In this document: positions 39,350 to 53,691 of the stretch, piece after piece
Layout of the letters: every line of letters starts with the position of its first letter
Position numbering within the stretch: position 1 is the first letter of the stretch
DNA from: Eledone cirrhosa
Taxonomy: Eukaryota
DNA length: 64,000 nucleotides
NCBI GenBank assembly: GCA_964016885.1
Contig: OZ024743.1
Location: 113,460,001 to 113,524,000 of the forward strand
Direction of reading: 5' to 3'
The notes under the pieces: generated by a model
Told to the model about the DNA's origin: nothing
The model's input: only the letters and a program-made list of their open reading frames with translations
The model's database searches: none
Program-made: the position numbers and the translations under genes

Positions 39350-40466
39350 TATGGAGGCAGTAACCATTATCCTCACCCCATATCCCATCCACACCACATA
39401 CACTTTTGTTACAGGATTTAGGATATGTGATGGAGTGAAAAAAATCACTATATATGAGCATTACATATGAGGCATCTAATTTTAGATCAAGGCTAAAGAG
39501 TAAGTCCTTTGGGTCTCTTCCCATTGACCATGAAGAATCCAACTGGGACATTAACTTAGGCTAGGGCTAATGACCTAATTTGTATAACTAAACCTGTGGA
39601 AGAGCTAGAAAAGAAGTTTTTGTCGAAACAGAACTTAGACTCAAAATGATTCATAGTAAACTGAGCAAAGACTAAAGTTTTAGTAAGCAGGAAAAAGACA
39701 AGACTCTGAATCTATCAGGGTGGTGGCCTTGCTCAATATGTCGAAAAGGAGTAGGTAGAAACTCTATACAATGTACAATATATAAAAATGGGTACACAAA
39801 AAGTGCAGTGGGATAGCAGGCAGGCTAACAGAAAAGATTAACTTTGTAAGTATCAGATGTACAGGGATGAACACCATTAAAATAAACTTTTTCTATTCCT
39901 GGCAAAGTACTATAGAAGTGGTTGATAGTTTCTGTTAACTAGGTGACTTAATTAGCAGTGGAGAATGTTGTTCTGAAAGCATAGTAGCTAGAATATGGTA
40001 ACGGTTTGGAGAGCTACTACCTCTGTTGACAATAAAGGGTTTCCCACTATGAGAAAAAGGTAGATTGTATAATGCTTATGCAAGAATTGCATCGCTGTTT
40101 GGTGAATGTACAGGATATGTAAAGCCTGAACAGAAATAAATAGAGCATGCTCGATTGGATGTGTAATGTTAATGTGCATGAATGACAAAGCATGGATGAA
40201 CTGAAAAAAGGTGGCACTGGTATGGATATATAATGCATATGGATGATGACCGTTAGGTGAAGAAGTGCCGTGGTATTCCAGTGGAAGGAAGCTGCAGGAG
40301 AAGGAAACTAAGGAATATTTGGGTTGAAATGGTGAGGGCTGATTTCAAAACACTAAGTCTCACAGAAAGGATGGCGAAGAAACACAAGTGAAGAGAGGGT
40401 ATGCTGAAGGCAGCCTATCCAACACATACGTACATGGAAAAATGAACATAAAATGTTGGTGATGAT
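39350..40466 (+). mobile_element. Heavily decayed RTE (PHD-type) LINE fragment
   Basis: Residual WPCSICRKGVGRNS, WVHKKCSG and IEVVDSF motifs, plus a 3' tail. Confidence 0.75.
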
Positions 40467-40477
40467 GATATGGTGAG

Positions 40478-40882
40478 AATACAATCACGAACACAAGTGG
40501 CCAAAATGGGGTTCCTACGAAGGGTCTCTGGAGTAACGTCACTTGATAAAATGTGTAGTTCGGAGATCATAGAGTCACTCCAGGTAGAGCTACTACTTAT
40601 CCGAATTGAGAGATCACAGCTCCAATACTATGTACATATGGTTAGAATGTCTCAGGAAAGAATAGCTGGACAGATTTTACGGACAAAACCAACCGGTAGG
40701 AGACCCAGGGATAGACCCTGAGCAAGATGGTTGGATAACGTCTATGAGCTTGGCTGGTCTCACTTGGGTATCCAACCGAACCAGTTGGAGACAGTTGCTT
40801 CTGACAGGACCCACTGGAGGGAGTGTTTGAGGACTCTTCCCCCACAACCCTCTCAGGAATAAGTGGGTGAAGAAGGAAAGAA
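40478..40882 (+). mobile_element. 3' fragment of a third RTE-family LINE with 11-bp TSD
   Basis: AKMGFLRRVSGV...RIERSQL...GRRPRDRP, a GAAG-rich tail, and the flanking direct repeat GATATGGTGAG (about 40467 and 40883). Confidence 0.8.
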
Positions 40883-41949
40883 GATATGGTGAGTGAAGTG
40901 ACCTATAAGCAGTTGATATGACAATTATTATAACTAGTTTTGAGGTTGCTGTATTTTACCCTCGCCATAGTTTTCTCTTTCAAATTGACTTTCTATCCCC
41001 AAAGACTACATAAGTATTATAGTAATTTCCTAACTTTAGTATTGATTAAATTCATTCATTCACTCAATGAGGAGGAAGGAAATTATATGTTAACATTATT
41101 TGTTGGTCATTTAAATATTTATGTATGTAGTTATTTATTAATAGTAGATACCTTGTGGTTCTAAATGATCACTAACTAAACTTCCCATCTTTTCTTCTCT
41201 CTATCTTTCTTCTTCTCTCTATCTCTATTTGTCCCTCTATTTCTCTTCCTCTCTCTCTTCCCCCTCAGCAATCCCATCAAGCCACTGCTCCTCCCCCCCC
41301 CATTTCCTGGCATATTTCCAGTTTAAATAATCATTTCCTCCTCTTGTTGTTGTGGCTGCTGTTGTAGTTATTGTTGATGATGTGATTGTAGTTGTTGTTG
41401 ATGATGATGATGTAGTTATTGTAGTTGTTGTTGTGGTTGTTGTTCTTGTAGTTGTTGTTGTAGTCGTTGATATTGTGGTTGTTGTTGTAGTCGTTGATAT
41501 TGTGGTTGTTGATGATGTATTAACGACAAGAACAATGGAGTTATCTCATCACTAGAAAGTAGTTAGATATATGGATGATGTAGCATAGCTGAATGGTTGA
41601 GGAGTTCATTTTTTCAATATTTAGATCCCAGGTTGATCTCATTGTTTGACATCTTGGGCAATTGTCATTTACCATAGTCACGGGTAGACCCATGCCTTGT
41701 AACTGAATCTGGATAGGGAGAAACTGTTTGGAAGCTAATCAGATAGACTGTACCTTTAATTTGAAGGGCCAGTCATGTCACACAATTTTTCACACTGAGT
41801 CTTCCTGAGAATTACATTCAGAGCACACGTGGCTATGAAATTCTCAGCCACTTACATGTTAATTTCACAAACAAACATTTCCATTGATCGGACAACTGGA
41901 ATACTCATCATCGAAACTGACTGAAGTCCATTCCATATAGATTAATGGA

Positions 41950-43124
41950 ATTCCCATATATACTCATATATAAGCTGAGAAATATGTGACTAAAAAGTCG
42001 ACGATAAAATGAGAGGTTGGCTTATATTTGAAGTCAATATTTTGGTGATTTTCACCAACTTCAAAATTCTACATAAATAAGGGCTAAAATATTTCCACTT
42101 TGGAGATGAATATTACACGAGTTTTACTTTCGATGTGAAAGTCATATTTCCTTTGGTTTTTGATTTGTTTTCAATGAATATGGCCTTCAAAATGGTTGGA
42201 AATTAGTAATGGAATTGTGAAACAAAATGTATAGTCTATGTGACCTGGGCATTACGGTCAGCAGCGATTTGCGTTGGACGAGGCACGTCTCTAAAATTGT
42301 CAAGAGGGCCGAGGGTGTCTTGGCATCACTCAGCAAGACCTTTGTCAGCCACTCTCCAGATATCTATTTAAGGCTGTATACAGCTATGGTGCGACCACAC
42401 TTAGAATTTGCATCACCAGTCTGGAACCCCTATCTTGCTCAGGACATTGACCGCCTGGAAACTGTTCAGAGACGTGCAACCAAGCGAATACCCTCCATCA
42501 GGCATCTACCATACTCTGAGCGCCTTGCTTCCCTGGGCATGGATTCATTGAAGCTCCGACGCCTGGCAACTGACTTGGTAAACACCCACAAAATTGTTAA
42601 CCATGTTGCCAACAACAACCCTGAGTACCTTTTCGATTTCCATGTGTCTAACACATGTGGACATGCGCACAAAGTAAGAAACATTTTTTCGGAAACATTT
42701 TTTCATGCTCAGAGTTGCTGAAGCATGGAACAAACTACCTGCATCAGTTGTTAGCTGTCGAGACACTGCATCCTTTAAGGCCTCCATGCTTCCCGAGATC
42801 CGCCAACAGAACAGCTAACACATACACACATGTACTTCCCTGACATTTGTGTATTGTTCTATGTACTATATTGACGAGTTGTAGTGCACCTGAGCACTTT
42901 ACACAATAATTTCATTATTATCATTATTATTATATAAATGACATTTAAAACTTCATAAATATATTCTTCACTCATGAGAATTTCAAAACTGCACCATCTA
43001 AACATAATGTGTTGATTAACATAATGCGTTGATTACCTGTTTTAGCTTATAAAGAGGGTTTGAATTTTTGCCTATTTCTTAGACATAAAATAAGGGGCAG
43101 GCCTATATTCAAATACATACAGTA
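41950..43124. mobile_element. Decayed pogo/Tc2-like DNA transposon hosting a CR1 insertion
   Basis: Ends CC.TATATACTCATATATAAGCTGAG and GGCCTATATTCAAATACATACAGTA resemble TACCGTATATACTCGAGTATAAGCC-type TIRs. Confidence 0.5.
42230..42932 (+). mobile_element. CR1-clade LINE 3' fragment
   Basis: DLGITVSSDL...YTAMVRPHLEFASPVWNP...LETVQRRATK...WNKLP, with an (ATT)n tail. Confidence 0.9.
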
Positions 43125-44907
43125 CATAACACCAAGAAATACAAGCATTATCTAACTATATTTCATACACATAAACAGCAAGCAACAGCAATTTAAATAT
43201 GGTACACTACTGACTCAGCTATTTCCACTCACAAACGAAATTCTGAGTAAATCTTCCCCAAAATGTTTTCAGAGATAGAAATGATTCTCTATTAAATATT
43301 TGAAAATTACAAAATTACATCTACCATAGCCATTTCCTAGTTTACTAGACTAGACAATTTCCCAAACTGGATTATTTAAACTTCCTGTAGTTGATCTTCT
43401 GCAAGTGTTCCATAAGGATTCTATGAGAGAATTTCTATAACAATTTACTTGCTTGTCCATAAACCATAAGCTTAATTGATTCATGCTATAAATAATATAC
43501 AATGCATTCAGTCACTGGACAATATACTAAATGTGGCTGAGAAATAAATGTCACTGTTATTTACATTTAGAAAAATATCATCAAGTGAAAAGTCACCTGT
43601 TTTGTCTGTATATGTATAAGTATTCATGAAGGCGCATAGCCGAGTGGTTAGAGAATTAGATTCGCAATCATAAGGTTGTGAGTTCAATTCCCAGACCGGG
43701 TGATGCGTTATGTCCTTGGATAAGACGCTTTATTTCACGTTGCTCCTTCTACCTGGAGTTGCAACTGATAGAGAGTATTAGCAATTGGAAGGACCAATGG
43801 AAACATTGTTTTCTCAGTCCAATTTGACGAAAGTCGATCGACTGTCAATATATAAGTATGGAAATTTGGAAAAGCATCCCTCACATAGAAACTGGTGGAG
43901 CCATTTGGTTAATAGTTGTTGTTTACAACCCTGTAGTTCCAGGTTAGATCCAACTGTACCTTTCTTGGGCTAGTGTTTTGTACTTAAGGGTAGAATGACC
44001 GATGTTTCTAAATGAAATTTCTATCGTGTATGTGTGTTAATATTAAGTGGTATGTAAACCCAATGTGAGTGTGTGTCTGTGAAACATATACATACATACC
44101 AGGTCCAAACACAAAGGATCCAAACTCACACTGTCACCGCCTCTGTCTCTCCCGCTCTTCCCATCTCTCACTATTAGGAGCAATTAACAGCCCATGCATT
44201 GACCGCCCTGTGGCCCAGGCAAATGGTGGTGAGTACAGAGGTGGTCCTAGGGCCAAGACACCAGAAGTCTCCACTGCTATAGGCTCAACTGCAAACCTGT
44301 TGGAGAGTTTACCCTCCTCTGCCTGAAGTGCAGCAGAGCCTGGGTTGTATTTATGTTGTGTCTATTTATGTTTTGTAACCTAGCAGTTTGATAAATAGAG
44401 ATCGGTAAAATAAAGGCCTGATATTAAGTACAAGAGCTGTTGTAAGCAACTGAAACCCATGAAAATTAAGTCATGACATGGCCACTATCCAATGACTGAA
44501 ACCAGTAAAAAAAATTTTTTAACTGTTGCTATTTTGGAATCATATTGACATTGAGACGAAGAATAAAATATTATCTTTTCATTGGTAATATTGATTTATT
44601 TTGATATGGAAAAAAGCCCAATATATTATGGCTACAAATTTTATTGATGTTAAAGGGATGAAATGGAAAAATCAAACCCTGTCTAGATTTTAACCCAGAA
44701 CACAGAGAGAGAAAAAATAGATATTTTATATTTGAAAATATGGCTCCCAAACACAGAAAATAACTGCAATAACAGTTGATCACTATAGATAATAGAGAAA
44801 ATTGAGTAAATTGCACTTAGAGATGGAAAGAAATGGACAGAGATACATCTGTGTCTTTTCTATCTCTAAAAGTATTTCACACAATTTTCTCAGTTATTAA
44901 CCAAAAT

Positions 44908-45528
44908 TAGCAGCAGAGGTGGGTTTTCCGAAAGTACTGTAGCCAGAATAAGAACGGGATGGAAGAAGTTCAGAGAGCTACTACCATTGTCGGCTACAAA
45001 ATGTCTTGCCCTCAAGATGAAAGGCAGACTGTATGATGCGTGCATACAAACAGCAATGTTGTATGGTAGTGAGACCTGGGCGTTGTTGATTGGAAAGAAA
45101 TGAAGCTTGCATGCTCCGTTGGGTGTGTAATAGTAATATATGTGAACAGCAAAGCATAAATGAACTGAGAGAAATTAGGTATAAGAGGAATCAGATGCAG
45201 TGTGCAGGAGAGGAGATTGCATTGGTATGGACATGTGATGCATATGAAGGATGGCAGCTGTATAAAAAGGTGCAGAGCGCTCAAAGTCAATGGACACCTT
45301 GGAGTGGGGGAGACCCAGAAAGACTTGGAGTGAGGTGATAAAAGCTGATCTCGCCCAATTGCACCTCTCAAAGGCGAAGACACAGGACCGCAATCAGTAC
45401 AGTCAAAATCAGTTCTGTATGAGCATGACATGGTTACCTAACCATGGCATTGCTCGCAACAGTATAACTTGTCTAACCCATGCTAGCGTGGAAAAATGGA
45501 CGTTAAACGATGATGAAATGGTGATGAT
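44908..45528 (+). mobile_element. Decayed RTE LINE 3' fragment
   Basis: ARIRTGWKKFRELLP, ERNEACML and GRPRKTWSE, plus the tail. Confidence 0.85.
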
Positions 45529-45637
45529 TAACAGTTGTTACAACTTTTTCCTGTGTTTGGAAATCTCACATTTTTTTAATTTCAAACACTTCCAGTGCTT
45601 TTATATTCATAAGGTTATTTCATAATTTTCCAGGCTA

Positions 45638-45868
45638 TTAACCCATTAGCATTTAAACTGGCCACATCCGGTCAGAATTCCTTCAACTCTTTCTGTTCAA
45701 ACCAGCTGTAATCAGCTGCCGCTCATACCAATGTTTAAGTAGTGTCTCAAAATAAATAACATCAAAATCTCATAGATTCGACATTATGTAAGATAATTAT
45801 GTGAAGTAAAGCATTTACCCTGAAAATATTATAGTATATATAGAATAATGTAAGTGGTAAAGGGTTAA
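45638..45868 (+). mobile_element. piggyBac-type MITE
   Basis: TTAA-CCCATTAGCATTTA...GGTAAAGGG-TTAA, homologous to 38242-38452. Confidence 0.8.
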
Positions 45869-47542
45869 TGTTATTGTCAATTTTAAACTTTATTCCTAAT
45901 CTCACTTACCATTTTGTGCTTCACAGTATATCAGGCCATCCTTCAACTGTTTTTGTAAATTATTAGAAGAGGATTCTAGCCTGTTGTTAAACTCTTCACT
46001 ATCTATGAAGAAAGAGATGCTGCGAGTGGTCCACCATGAGAGAGGGGGGGGGGGGAGAACAGAATGACCCCATTATTTAATTAACATGATATTTTTGATG
46101 GAAGACAAAATTGCATGGAAGACAAAATTGATCTCTATGAGGATTTCCATGTAAAGAAGGAACCAAGCCTTAAATCACTACTTCAAAAACCCACTTCATA
46201 CCAGCATGGGAAATTGCGATCATTGTTTTATGTCTGGTTTACCTTGTTAGTATGAGTTGGTTGAATCTTTTTAGATTCAACTTTCTACAGCTGGATGCCC
46301 TTCCTGACACCAACCCATACTGTATTTTATATGTATTGTGTATACCTGCTATCTTTTTCAACTGCTATGCTGCAGGACATATTGCTGATATGTGATATAA
46401 ACTTTGCTTCAAACATTATTGATTTGATATCAATAATATTTGAAGGGGCGGTGGATTGGCAGTATCGGTAGAGGGTCGGACGCCATGCTTTGCAGCATAG
46501 TTATGGCCCTTTAAGGTCTGAGTTCAAATCCTCCCGAGGTTAACTTTCCTTTCATCCTTACGGGGGGTTGATAAAATAAAGCACCAGTAATACACTGGGA
46601 TAATTGCTGGCCTTGTGTCAAAAGTAGAAACAATTATTGATTTGATAAGAAGAGAGAGAGAGGGAGAGAGACAGACACACAGACTGACAGAAAGAGAGAC
46701 AGAGAGACAGACAGATGATGGGCTTCCTTGGAATTTCTACTTAATTCATTTACATGTCATTGGTTGACCCAGACACTTTCCCAAGCTGCCACGGAGTAGG
46801 ACCAAACCCCGAACCATGTGGTTGCAAGTACAAATATAAAAATGATGAAGATGATGAATGAGTGAAAAAAAGAAGAAAATAGTAATTCAATATCCAAAAT
46901 TAGTTTCAAATTCTTACAATCAATATATTAAATGTGAGCACCTATAATAGTTCCATTCAAATATTTCATTCTATAGAATCAAATATTTTATCAATAAAAA
47001 TATCCATCAGAAAACTTATGAAAAACAAAGATAGATAAACAAACACAAAGAGAAATTGTTTGCATCTATTGGAGAAGGCTCTGATAGTCTGTAAGAAACC
47101 TCACTGACCTTTGGTCAGTATAACTTACACCCAGGAGAAGCAGTTTGATTGATGGCTTAATGCTGGTGCTACTTAAAACATTTACCAATAACCACTGTGA
47201 TAGAAAGCCTTAAAGCTGTGGTTCCTGGGGATTTGATTAATTCTTGTGATACCTTAGTTAAGAGTAGTACACATGAGATTAATATATATAATTGTGATAA
47301 AAGATTAGCATCAAACATCAGAGGTTGCTAATATTTGATATTTGAGAGGAGATAGCATCCATTTTACACTCTTATGTAGCATGTACACTTGAGACTTAAG
47401 TATGAGCCAAAGTTTGAGCAATTACAAAAACACATAATATAATATCAACTTACAACATTACTCTTGTTGGTTGGTAAGAAATATGTAGTATCATCATCCT
47501 TATCAGCAAACAAATATATGTATGTGTGTGTATATATATATA

Positions 47543-47875
47543 GGCACGTGGCTTAGTGGTTAGAGCATTGGCCTCTCAATCGAAAGGTTGTGAGTTCAAT
47601 TCTCAGACCGGGTGATGTGTTGTTTCCTTGAGCAAGACACTTTATTTCACATTGCTCCAGTTTACTCCAGAAATGAGATGATAGGGACTGGGGTCCCTAT
47701 CATTCCACTGCAAAGTGGTCGTGGAGGTGCCACGGCGAAAAAGCACCCAGCACTCACTGTAAATGAGGTTGGTGTTAGGAAGGGCATCCAGCTGTAGAAA
47801 TCAAGCCAGAATCAGTTCCCGTCCCACCCTTGCAAGCAGGGAAAAAGCGGACGTAAAATGAAATGATGATGATGA

Positions 47876-47879
<4 letters not shown>
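47543..47879 (+). mobile_element. SINE family A (tRNA head, core, RTE-derived tail)
   Basis: A and B boxes (TGGCTTAGTGG; GAGTTCAATTC). The 3' end CCCGTCCCACCCTTGCAAGCAGGGAAAA(A)GCGGACGTAAAATG matches the LINE end at 3109-3150. Confidence 0.9.
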
Positions 47880-47921
<42 letters not shown>

Positions 47922-48126
47922 TCATCATTTTAAGCAATTATGAATATATGTATATATATAATGTGTTTGTACATGTAAATATATGTATGTGTTTGTGCAT
48001 GTATATATATATGTATGTGTGTGAGTATATATATATATGTGTGAAAAGTAAATGGAAGAACACTAGGAAATATTACAGTACAATGAAGATATATATTAGT
48101 TTAATGCTTCATATAGCAGGAAAAAA

Positions 48127-48165
48127 GTCTTAATGTTTCAGACATTTGTCCATCATCTGAAGATA
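48127..48165 (-). ncRNA. Degenerate minimal hammerhead-like motif
   Basis: Minus strand reads TCTT-CAGATGA-T-GGAC AAAT GTCT-GAAACATTA-AGAC. There is one core mismatch and stem I is weak. Confidence 0.35.
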
Positions 48166-48621
48166 GAATGAGAAATAAAAGAAGAAATAGACAGGTAGAT
48201 GAGAGTAAGAAATGGAGGAAAAGCCTGTATGTGTTTAGTTAAGGATTTTTGAGAAGTGTAGGTGAGAATGTATCTTAGATATAAGAGAAGTTAGAAGTGA
48301 TCAGAGAAGCCATCTACATAATATGCTGCTGTGATAGTTGGACACCAATGTCATTTGAAAGTTCAACAAATCAAAACAGGGAGCCGAAATTTGACTGAAG
48401 CTCAGTGTTCTAGTATATGTAAAAAGGAATGTAAGACAAAAATGTCATGTCCATGCAACCAGTGTGTGAGAAAAGGATCATCATCATCATCATCATTGTT
48501 TAACGTCTATCTTCCACGCTAGCATGGGTTTAGAAATAGCAACTGAAATTGAGGTGCACCCATCTTATGAATATGTACTTTTATACACACACAGACACGC
48601 ATAAATGTGTGTACGTGTATG

Positions 48622-48659
<38 letters not shown>

Positions 48660-48779
48660 AAAATGTACGTACATGTATGTATAAATATATATCATAATCA
48701 TCATCATTTTATGTCTGTTTAATATAATTAGCTTTCTCTCATTTTTAAATTGGTGTTTGGAACGTACCTTAACAAAGGT

Positions 48780-49060
48780 TCATCATGATCATCATCATTT
48801 TGCATATTTTGTTCCATGGTTGCATGGGTTGGAGAGACCCTTCTCAGTACCGCATCTTCCCACTTGTCATATTTCTTTGACATCCTCTCCACAAGATTTA
48901 GCAATCTGAGATCAGCTATCACCATTCCCATCCAAGTCTTCTTTAGTCTTTCTCTACTACGAGTTCCTTCCACTAGGATTATTTGGAACTTCTTCACCCA
49001 GCGATCATCATCCATGTGCATCATATGTCCATACCAGTTCAGTCTCCTCTCCTGCACACT
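48780..49060 (-). mobile_element. RTE LINE 3' fragment
   Basis: VQERRLNWYGHMMHMDDDRWVKK...KTW, plus the tail. Confidence 0.85.
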
Positions 49061-49739
49061 GGCAGTGATTTTATGAAGTCTACAACCACCAGGGCACTGT
49101 CCTATAACCTCAGAGACATAACTTTCATTTATGCAGAATCACTGCACCAAAATTAGACAGTTTTTAGAAAGGAATCTTTGTAAGAAAGATAGCTGGGATT
49201 TTCAGCCTAGCCATTCTGCAACATTTCGCCCATAATAAGCATGCCAATAAAATTACAGCTACTACTAGACTTTTGCCATCACACACACACACACTCTCTG
49301 TTTTGGACTTAGCGTTGCATTTTTCAAAGGGATTTTATTCCTACAATATAAAAAAGACCATGCCATGTACACAGAGACAGATTTAACAATTGTATCACAT
49401 TGAACATTACATTATTGACACAATTAGCAGTATCGGTAGAGGGTCGGACATGCTTTCCAGCATAGTTACGTCCCTTTACGATCTGAGTTCAAATCCGGCT
49501 GAGGTTAACTTTGCCTTTCATCCTTATGGGGTCGATAAAATAAAGTACCAGTAATGTACTGGGTAATTGCTGGCCTTGTGCCTAAAATAGAAACAATTAT
49601 TGACACAAGCAACACTCTCCCTGTGAATTCCAGTTTTGGCCTCTTGATCCAACTATTTGGTTCCAATACATTGAGACTCAATTTGATACACACCACAGTT
49701 CATCAGACAGGACAAAAATTTCCCATGCAGTAGAGGTGT

Positions 49740-51680
49740 TTTCTTCTAAGATTCTGTTGGAGATCCAGAATTTGCTAGCAGTATCACCAGGCATACTTTC
49801 CTATGTGACATTGAAGTCAGAGCTCATGAAGTAAACATTCATCTCTCAACAGCAATGATTAAATCAGTTGCTCTCCTCAGAGGAATTGGGTTACAAGAAG
49901 CAGTCACAGTTCTTAAGACAATTAAAGCAACTGTTGGAGGAAAATACTGTGGATCTGGCCATCCTGGAGCAACTGTTTCTTCAGAGGCTGCCACCAGCCA
50001 CTCCACAGCATTTTGGTGGCTACTAAAGCATCCACTCCTATTGAGGAATTAGTGGATTCAGCTGACAGAATCATGGAGATAGCAGCGCCACTGTCATTTG
50101 TGGCCCAGGAAACACACACCCATCCACGAGTAAGCTCTTTTTCTTCATCCTTTTCTCCCTCTTCTTCCTCATCTTCTGTTTTGGAGTTGGCAGTTCTGGA
50201 GACTTGGCTAGAGAAACAAGATGCACAGTTGAGCATACTTATGACTTAAATGCAGTTGCAACTATGCAGCAAAGCCAGCACATCTCAGCATGCTTTCTAC
50301 CAGTGTCTGCTAGATCAGTCATGCTTGGAAGACTGATACCATATGCTTGTATCCCCGTAAATTCGGCAGAAAGGCCCTCTTTTCTTGAACCCAGTACAAC
50401 AGATACAACACTATTCTGCACAGATACCCCAACACCATGCATCCAGTGTTTAACAGTTGACTTGTGACCCACAGTTTCATGCATCATATCATAACTGAGG
50501 GCCCTCCTGTTTATTCTAAACCCTGCCAACTCACCCCTGATCGCATTAAGATCACTAAAGCAGTGTTCGATTACATGTTGGAGCTAGGCATTGTTCATCC
50601 ATCCTGTAACAGTTAGTCTTCCCCCCTTCACATTGTTCCCAAGAAATCTGCAGGTAACTGACGACGGTTTGAGGAATATCAGTTTCTTAACATACACGAA
50701 ACCCGACAAGTATCCTGTGCCTCACATACAGGACTTCTCTGCTACCCTACATGGAGCCAAGGTCTTTTCAAAAATCAACCTCAAGCGAGTGTACATCCAC
50801 ATTTCTATTGAAGCTGATGACATTTCGAAAATGACTATTATGACTCTTTTCGACCACTTCAAAATTCTTAGAATGCCATTCGGTTTACACAATGCTGCAT
50901 CAATCGTCTAGCGCAGAGGCGTGCAACAGGTGGCCTGTGGGCTACAATCTGATCTGCCAGACCAGTCAGAGTGGCTTGCGATGACTGTAGGCTTATTTAG
51001 ATTTTTTTTCATAACCGTAATACAATTTTCTGTTAGTTGATCTAAAGGACTTCAGATAGGGTTATGTGTGTTATAATTTCCCAGTTCCATGTTATGGTAA
51101 GAAGTTGTGGTGAATCTTTGGAATAGTGCTTAATAAATATTAATGGCCCTTAGAGTTGTTCCAATGTTCAAAATTTGCCCGACAATGGAATATGTTGCAC
51201 ACCCCTGTTCTAGCGTTTCATCGACACAGTACTACGTAGTTTACCCTTCCTCTACGCATGTATTAATGATATGCTGGTAGCCAGCAAATCTCACAAGGAA
51301 CATGAAAGACATCTACGACTACTTTCCAAGCGTTTTTCTCAGTTTGGTGTCATCATCAACCCACAAATGCCTTTTCGGCATTTCTTCTCTCGATTTTTGG
51401 GGACACCACATCGACCAACAAGGAATCCACCCTCTGCACAACAAAGTTAAGTTGATTTTAGATTTCCCCACCCCTAACTCCTTGTATGTGAGTTCTCAGC
51501 CTCATAAATGTTTACTGCCGGTTCATTCCTCAGTGTGCAGAGCTTCTCCAGCCATGAACAGACATCCTATGGCAGTGCAAACGGAAGAACCAACTCTTCA
51601 CTTTTAATAATTCACAAGCAGCTATCTTTCTTAAAACCAAAAGCGTCTTAGTAGGGGCTACAATGCTGCATTACACACTG
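49740..51680 (+). mobile_element. Decayed Ty3/Gypsy LTR-retrotransposon internal region (gag-like and RT)
   Basis: LVDSADRIMEIA (gag-like), PDKYPVPHIQDF, KVFSKINL, RMPFGLHNAA, INDMLVAS, KCLFG..SLDFWGH. No LTRs seen. Confidence 0.85.
50914..51207. mobile_element. hAT MITE inserted in the Gypsy RT
   Basis: TIR CAGAGGCGTGCAAC...GTTGCACACCCCTG. TSD GTCTAGCG/TTCTAGCG at 50906-50913 and 51208-51215. Confidence 0.88.
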
Positions 51681-52104
51681 AGACATATTTCCCCTCTGTT
51701 CTCCCTTCTTACCTTTTCTATGCCTCAGTGTCCTTCTTTGTCTGAATACAGTCCTTATTATTCTCTACTGTTTTAAAATTGTTCCCCTTTCTATATTTTT
51801 TCTACTTTGACTAAGCCCTTGCACACTCTATATCTGTGTAATTTGACAAAAGCATAACTTGTCTCTACCTGTTTTGTTATGTCCTAATGTGCACTGGAAT
51901 CAGTGGTATCAACCTTAATACACGAAAATTGTAGTGATATCCAGAGGTTGACTGAGGAGATGGGACTGTCTGTCTTTCCATTGTCTTTCTCCTGTGTGCC
52001 CCCTATGATATGTAGGTATATCTGTGTGTATATATGTATATGTATGTGTGTATATATATATATATATATGTATGTGTGTATATATATATACACACATACA
52101 CACA

Positions 52105-53537
52105 CAAGCCATGTATAGAGGAACAGTCAGCAAAGTTAGAATTAACAATGAGTATAGTGAAGAATTTAGCGTAAAAGTAAGTGTTCGCCAAGGCTTTCTC
52201 CTTAGCCCCCTCCTGTTTATTATTGTCCTACATGCTATAACAGAAGAGTTTAAGACTGACTGTTCATGGGAACTTCTATATGCAGATGATATAACTCTCA
52301 TAGCTGAAATTATGGCTGAACTAGAGAAGAAATTCCAAACATGGGAGCATGACCTAGAATCAAAAGGTTTTAAAGTTAGCTTGTCTAAGACTAAAGTTTT
52401 AGTATGTAGAAAGGAGAATAGGGCACAGGTGCCCTCTAGGAAATGGCCTTGTTCAGTGTGTAAGAAGGGAGTAGATGGAAATTCTATTCTATGCTCCAAA
52501 TGCAAACTATGGGTACATAAAAGATGTAGTGGGATCACAGATAAGCAATCTAAGAATGTAGATTTTATATATGGCTGATGCTCAGGTACAGTAGGTAGCA
52601 AGGACCCACTGGATACTATCTCCTTCAACTGCCCAGATGGTTCTATGAAAATAGTAGACACTTTCCCTTACCTGGGTAATAAAATCAGCAGTGGAGAGTG
52701 TGTTCTGAAAGTACAGTATAGAACAGTTAGAACAGAATGGAAAAAGTTCAGAGAGCTAATACTGCTGCTGGCCACAAGAGGTTTTTCTCTAAAAATGAAA
52801 GGCAGATTGTATGATGCTTGTATACGAGTGGCAATATTACATGGTAGTGAGACCTGGGCATTGTGTGCAGAAGACTTGCGCAGATTAGAAATAAATAAAG
52901 CTTGCATACTCAGATGGATGTGTAATAGAAATGTATGCGAATGGCAAATATAAACGAATTGAGAGAGAGACTAAGCATAAGAGGTATTAAATCTTGTGTG
53001 CAGGAGAGGAGATTACTTTGGTATGGAGATGTGATGCATATGAAGGATAACAGCTATATAAAAAAGTGCAGAGCGATCGAAATTGAAGGAAGCTACGTAG
53101 TGGGTAGACCTAGAAAAACCTGGGGTGATATGATAAAAACTAACCTGGCTCACTTACACCTCTCTAAGACAATGTCTCTGGATCGAAATCTTTGGCACTA
53201 TGCAGTTATACAGAAGACCCGCCTTCCCTTCCATACAAACTTAAACCTAGTCAGTAGGCACCTCTTAACCCAATATACACCCCCATCCCACACACCCTAC
53301 TCCATCCTCCCAATTTCGTCCACTGTAAAGTATCATGTAGGTGACATGACAAAAAGCACCCAGTCCACACTATAAATGTGGTTGGTGTTAGGAAGGGCAT
53401 CCAGCCGTAGAAAACCTGCCAAAAACAGTTCTATATGAACGATACATGGTCTCCCGACCAATCTCGCCTCAAGTGGGACAAAACCATCCAACCCATGCTA
53501 GCATGGAAGATGGACGTTAAAAGATGATGATGATGAT
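52105..53537 (+). mobile_element. 5'-truncated RTE LINE (RT with PHD-like finger)
   Basis: QAMYRGTVSKVR, LLYADD, WPCSVCKKG...WVHKRC, GRPRKTW, 3' UTR and (GAT)n tail. Confidence 0.93.
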
Positions 53538-53691
53538 ATATATGTATTTATATGTGAAAAAGCTTGCTGAAAACACAAGCCGAAACCGCCGCTTGGCAAC
53601 CGCGTTTGGGATTTTACATCTCTCTCTCTCTATATATATATATATATTAATTCAAAATATAAACAAAAATAGAACTTCTTGTGATCAAGTA

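Noticed and set aside
44101-44235. Possible host exon (AG...GTGAGT) in a GC-richer patch
   Set aside because: There is no polypyrimidine tract and no recognisable protein. RNA-seq would be needed.
53568-53612. CTGAAAA...CGAAAC hammerhead-like string (similar weak ones near 19675-19720, 21865-21905 and 60805-60865)
   Set aside because: The core is mismatched and stems I-III are not convincing.
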